A stretch of 63,515 nt of DNA, counting the filler, from an uncultured virus (IMG/VR IMGVR_UViG_2049941000_000851) (lineage: Duplodnaviria > Heunggongvirae > Uroviricota > Caudoviricetes). It is 11 parts of one record of this genome, joined end to end, with 100 filler letters (N's around TTAATTAATTAA, not from the genome) between each part and the next. Parts side by side here need not be neighbours in the genome. Positions count along the whole stretch, not along the records: positions 51,319 to 61,651 come from IMGVR_UViG_2049941000_000851; positions 61,752 to 63,515 come from IMGVR_UViG_2049941000_000851; 9 more parts are not named here. One strand, given 5' to 3'. Every line of letters begins with the position of its first letter. Position 1 is the stretch's first letter. Below the pieces are notes generated by a model. That model worked only from the letters and a program-made list of their open reading frames with translations, was not told the DNA's origin and searched no databases. Of this stretch, positions 59,448 to 63,515 are shown piece after piece. The translations under genes were made by a program, and so were the position numbers.

Positions 59448-59986
59448 ATGCCTAACAATACTCCTACCGCTTCCCCCAAAGTATCCTCCACGATCGGCTT
59501 GAAGAATGTAGTGATCGCGCCGCTTCTGACCGATACCGATGAGGGCCACACCTACGGCGATCTGCAGCTGGTCGCCGGCGCTATCGAGGCCAGTGTTACC
59601 CCGGACAATACTGATCCAGAGGTCCAATTCGCCGACGACACCGAGTTTGATACCCTGTATGCTGACCCTGAAATCAGCTTCAAGCTCAAGATGGCGGATA
59701 TTCCCCTGACTATACAGGAGATGCTTTTTGCCAACGCGATCGACGACAACGGCGTGCTGATCAGGACCGCCCAGGACAAGCCGCCTTACTTCGCCGTGGG
59801 CTTCAAGTCTGAAAAGAGCGACGGCAAGTTCCGCTTTGTCTGGCTGTACAAAGTCCGCGCAAAGCTGCTCACCGAGAACTTCGCCACCAAGGAAGGCAAG
59901 ACAATCAACCGCCAGACGCCGGAAGTGGAATTCACCGCGATCAAGCGTACCCACGACGGTAGGTACCAGGCCGTAGCCGATGAAGG
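59448..59986 (+). CDS. Major tail protein, phi13 family
   Basis: TIGLKN, FADD, PPYFAVGFKSEKSDGKFRFVWLYK. Confidence 0.88.
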
Positions 59987-59996
59987 NNNNNNNNNN

Positions 59997-60738
59997 GACC
60001 ATCGCCTGCGGGGCAGCCATGTGGTGGTTCGATATGTGGGGCGGCTGGTACAGAACACCTGCCTATATGGAATGCATCAGGCGTTCGCTTGCGCTCTACA
60101 GGCAGCAGGCGAATGAGCGCTCTGTCGCCTCGGTGGCGCTGGTCTTCGACCCCTATGCCGGCGGACAGTACATCGGCGCCTGCGGGATCGGGCAGCTGCT
60201 TCAGCCGCTTGCTGCAAGCGGCACGGCGTTTGAACAGTTCACATTGGCCGATTTCGGCTTACTGGATCCCGATGATTACCGCGCCGTGGTTTTTTTGAAC
60301 GTCCGTACACCGATTAAGCAGATCGACCGCTGGCGGAGCTCCTGCCGCTCGTTGGTATACGTAAACTGTGCCTGCGAATTCGACGCTGCGGGCGGATATA
60401 CCGCGACGTCGGAGAACGGCTGCGTCAGAGTGCACAACGACTGGCAGGCGTACAGATTTGACTCGGTGCCGTGCGCGTCGCTCCTGCGCGAAGCATTTCT
60501 GACGGCCGGCGCACATATATACGCGTTCACCGACGATTTCATATACGCATACGGCACGATGGTTGCGATCCATGCGGCGACGGACGGCGAGAAAAGGATA
60601 TACCTCCCGCACAGAGCCTCGCTCGTCGACGCATATACGGACGAGCGGCCCGAGCCCTGTGAGCATTTTACGGATTTTTATATGAAGAAGGGCGAAACGC
60701 GCATTTTTACGGTTGTGCCTGCGCGGAAGGATCGATGA
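59997..60738 (+). CDS. Glycoside hydrolase-like C-terminal fragment (host contig)
   Basis: WWFDMWGGWY, AGAHIY, KGETRIF. Confidence 0.45.
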
Positions 60739-60849
60739 GGACGAATGGCAGATCGCCGTATCGGTCAACAACGGCAAAATGATCTGAATCCATTCCGGTT
60801 TGGCCGGCAAATCCTGCAAATGTATGAAAAGAGATGGGAGTAAAACACA

Positions 60850-61259
60850 ATGAGTACGGAAGGAGCAAATATGAAATACCAATACAAAGAAATGCCTGAA
60901 TCCATGAGGGGGACATACGGAGAATTTGCAAAGAACTTCGGGTTTGACTGGAAAGAGTTTATAATGGGAATACCGACACCGATGTTTCTTGTCACAACAT
61001 ATAAATCCAACGGACAGCCAAATGCTACGATGCAGTCATGGGCAGGGTTTACGAGTGCGAATCACGGAGGCGGGTATTACGTGATTCTATGCAGCGTGAA
61101 TAAGTGCGGACATCTTTACCAAAGCCTAAATGAAAAGAAGGCAGCCGTGCTGAATTTCATGTCTCCTGATTTATACAAAGCCTGCATGAAGATGATACAG
61201 AACAATCACTTCGAGACGGATGAGATAACTTCATCAGGGCTTACTGTGGAAAAAGCTTC
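60850..61259 (+). CDS. Flavin reductase-like protein (truncated)
   Basis: PMFLVTTYKSNGQPNA..SW, VLNF. Confidence 0.6.
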
Positions 61260-61269
61260 NNNNNNNNNN

Positions 61270-61651
61270 CTGGGGAATTCCTTATAAAACCAGAAAAGGT
61301 GAAGGAATTGCGAAAATGTCGAAGTTGGCAGACTGTCGTAACGGGAAGCTTTGTATTGATGTAAATCCCTGGTCTTATGTTTCCTACAGAGATGGCGCTC
61401 TCTCAATACAGAAAAGGCTCTCAACTCACACATGCGAACTTTGCGGAACGTACTGCGAGCATGTGAAAGTATACCATGCAGGCAGCATGAAGGAGCTGGA
61501 TCTGGCTACGCCGTGGGGAACAAAGATGAAGGCTATCCGGCGCAAAACGCTGGTAGTCTGCGGTGATTGCTATGAACGCATTCACAGGGGAAACTCTAAA
61601 AACTGATATGTCAAGAATTTATGGGGAGCCGGATACCTCGAGAGGGGTAAG
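61270..61651 (+). mobile_element. 3' part of a second group II intron copy (IEP end and D5)
   Basis: Differs from 54580-54895 mostly at synonymous sites; GAGCCGGATACCTCGAGAGGGGTAAG domain 5. Confidence 0.9.
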
Positions 61652-61751
61652 NNNNNNNNNNNNNNNNNNNNNNNNNNNNNNNNNNNNNNNNNNNNTTAAT
61701 TAATTAANNNNNNNNNNNNNNNNNNNNNNNNNNNNNNNNNNNNNNNNNNNN

Positions 61752-62295
61752 GTTAGGCATATCATTCATAGCATCTTCGTATGTCAGTTTCTGTCCGTTC
61801 CGGATCACGTAAACGTCCGTTGAAGCATCGTCCAAAGAACGGTACCTCTGCACCGCAACGTCTACAAATTTGGGCTCGAGCTCTATTCCAAAACACGTTC
61901 TGCCCAGCTGCTCGCAGGCTATGAGCGTGGACGCGGAACCTAAAAAGCCGTCCAGCACTACGCCGTTGGTCTGGGTGCACTGCTCTATAAGGTANNNNNN
62001 NNNNCCTGCCCAGTTGCTCGCAGGCAATGAGCGTCGAAGCGGAGCCCAGGAAGCCGTCCAGCACTACGCCGTTGGTCTGGGTGCACTGCTCTATAAGGTA
62101 CGCGATCAGCGGGATCGGTTTGCTTGACGGATGTCCGCAGCCGTCCTCCTTCGCGTTTTTGATGCGGTCGAACTCGAATACGGTGGTCTGCTTCTGGTCG
62201 CCGTACCAGCGGTGGCGGCCGTCCTTCCGCCAGCCCCATATGATGGGCTCGTGATTGTATTTCCAGTCAGTGCGCGTCAGCACCAGCCGATCTTT
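61752..62295 (-). CDS. Phage DNA methylase (N6/N4) C-terminus, two alleles
   Basis: HEPIIWGW, HPSSKP, VLDGFLGSASTLIACEQ. Confidence 0.88.
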
Positions 62296-62514
62296 NNNNN
62301 NNNNNNNNNNNNNNNNNNNNNNNNNNNNNNNNNNNNNNNNNNNNNNNNNNNNNNNNNNNNNNNNNNNNNNNNNNNNNNNNNNNNNNNNNNNNNNNNNNNN
62401 NNNNNNNNNNNNNNNNNNNNNNNNNNNNNNNNNNNNNNNNNNNNNNNNNNNNNNNNNNNNNNNNNNNNNNNNNNNNNNNNNNNNNNNNNNNNNNNNNNNN
62501 NNNNNNNNNNNNNN

Positions 62515-63021
62515 CCGTTCCCGAGCCAGAAGCCGTATACGTACGGATCGACAGGGAGGTCCCTTTCCGGCATCGAAAGCGCTTTTGCCACGGGTATGCG
62601 TATAACAGATCTGTTTTCCCGGCAGCCTGCGTGCCGGCGTCTGTAAGCGCATGTGGCTTCATAGATATCCCTCGTGCTGAGCAGTTTTTCCCGGTTGCCG
62701 TTGTTCGTCACCTGCACGTTCCNNNNNNNNNNTGCTGCGCGTATGCCTGCGCCTGTACGCCGTGGTCGCCTCATATATGTCCCGCGTGCTGAGCAGTTTT
62801 TCCCGGTTGCCGTTGTTCGTCACCTGCACGTTCCACAGGTGGCGCTCGCCTGCGTCTATGTGCGACCCGTCGCGGAAGACCAGGCGGTAGCACTGCTCCG
62901 TATCGTCCACACTGCTGAAGGCAACTATATTACACGGCATGCCGTTTTCATCAAACACACGGTCGCTCAGTGTCAGCGTGCCCATGGTTTTCCAGCCGTT
63001 CGCCGTGAAAACGGGCGTGTC
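62515..63021 (-). mobile_element. N-terminal part of a LAGLIDADG-type intein, two overlapping alleles
   Basis: DTPVFTANGWKTMG...AGERHLW and LPVDPYVYGFWLGNG. Confidence 0.85.
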
Positions 63022-63031
63022 NNNNNNNNNN

Positions 63032-63515
63032 TCTACCCGTTTATCCAGAACGTCCAGCTCGGACATGTCTTTTTTGATCTGGCTGTTCAGCTGACCGAAC
63101 CCCGCCTGAGACGCGGTGTCCGCCATATCGGTAAGCGCCGAGCGTGTCGACTCTGTCATGCTCCTGAACGAGGAGACATAACTGTCTATGGTTTCCTTCG
63201 TCTCTATGGTCTCGTCGGCCCACTCTGTCGTGAGCGAGGACATCCAGTTCTTAGCCGAGCGTACGCCCTGCACGAAGTCCGCTGCTTCCAGCCCGAACGC
63301 CTCAAGGCCTTTGGACTCGGAGTAAAATGTGTTAGCCTGGTTGCTCTTCCAGTCGTCCGCGGTATCGTTTAGGCTTTGGAGCGCGTCCCTCGCCGCCTTC
63401 GCCCCGCTGGCGTAGTCGTACAGTTTGACGGCACCGTATACCGCCGCGGCGATCAAGCCCAGCATGGCTATCCTCGAATGTCCTATAACGCTTGCAAGGC
63501 CCTTGATACCGCCGC
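63032..63515 (-). CDS. Probable tape measure protein fragment
   Basis: Ala/Gly-rich hydrophobic patch followed by a helical region; no stop across the contig. Confidence 0.5.

Noticed and set aside
6969..61707. TTAATTAATTAA flanked by Ns, ten times (6969, 26601, 30030, 32922, 33909, 35877, 45948, 49097, 51263, 61696)
   Set aside because: Artificial stop-codon linker between scaffolds, not a biological repeat.
29002..62100. Apparent tandem duplications of DUF2800, polA, metK, terL, portal, clp and methylase
   Set aside because: Diverged alleles on separate contigs interleaved by scaffolding; copy number and order cannot be inferred.
62659..63465. ORF-track fusion of tape measure and intein
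   Set aside because: The frames are joined only across a 10-N gap; the same applies to other ORFs containing X runs.

Overview
Heavily gapped Clostridia-like (Firmicutes) scaffold made of short contigs joined by N-runs and artificial TTAATTAATTAA linkers, so order across gaps is unreliable and at least two or three diverged copies of the same element are interleaved. Content: (i) a large temperate siphovirus-like prophage (DUF2800/DUF2815/family A DNA polymerase, primase-DUF3987, SNF2, RinA/DUF1492-like regulator, MetK, DNA methylase, amidoligase, HNH, terminase, portal, Clp, HK97 capsid, tail, C39 lysin, holin); (ii) a defence-gene cluster (type I R-M with Fic, Shedu-like nuclease plus kinase, helicase-fused R-M, GIY-YIG, AIPR, Lamassu-like pair, two HEPN/Abi proteins); (iii) an rtcB-HTH-4 tRNA cassette; (iv) scattered host fragments. 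Highlights: a polA intein whose HNH endonuclease is encoded in the +1 frame over an intein frame that stays open; a group IIA intron in the portal gene with readable EBS/IBS pairing, present in two diverged portal alleles; a second, LAGLIDADG-type intein; and a three-copy bipartite promoter-like motif at the divergent early-gene junction. All family assignments are from motif recognition, not database searches.
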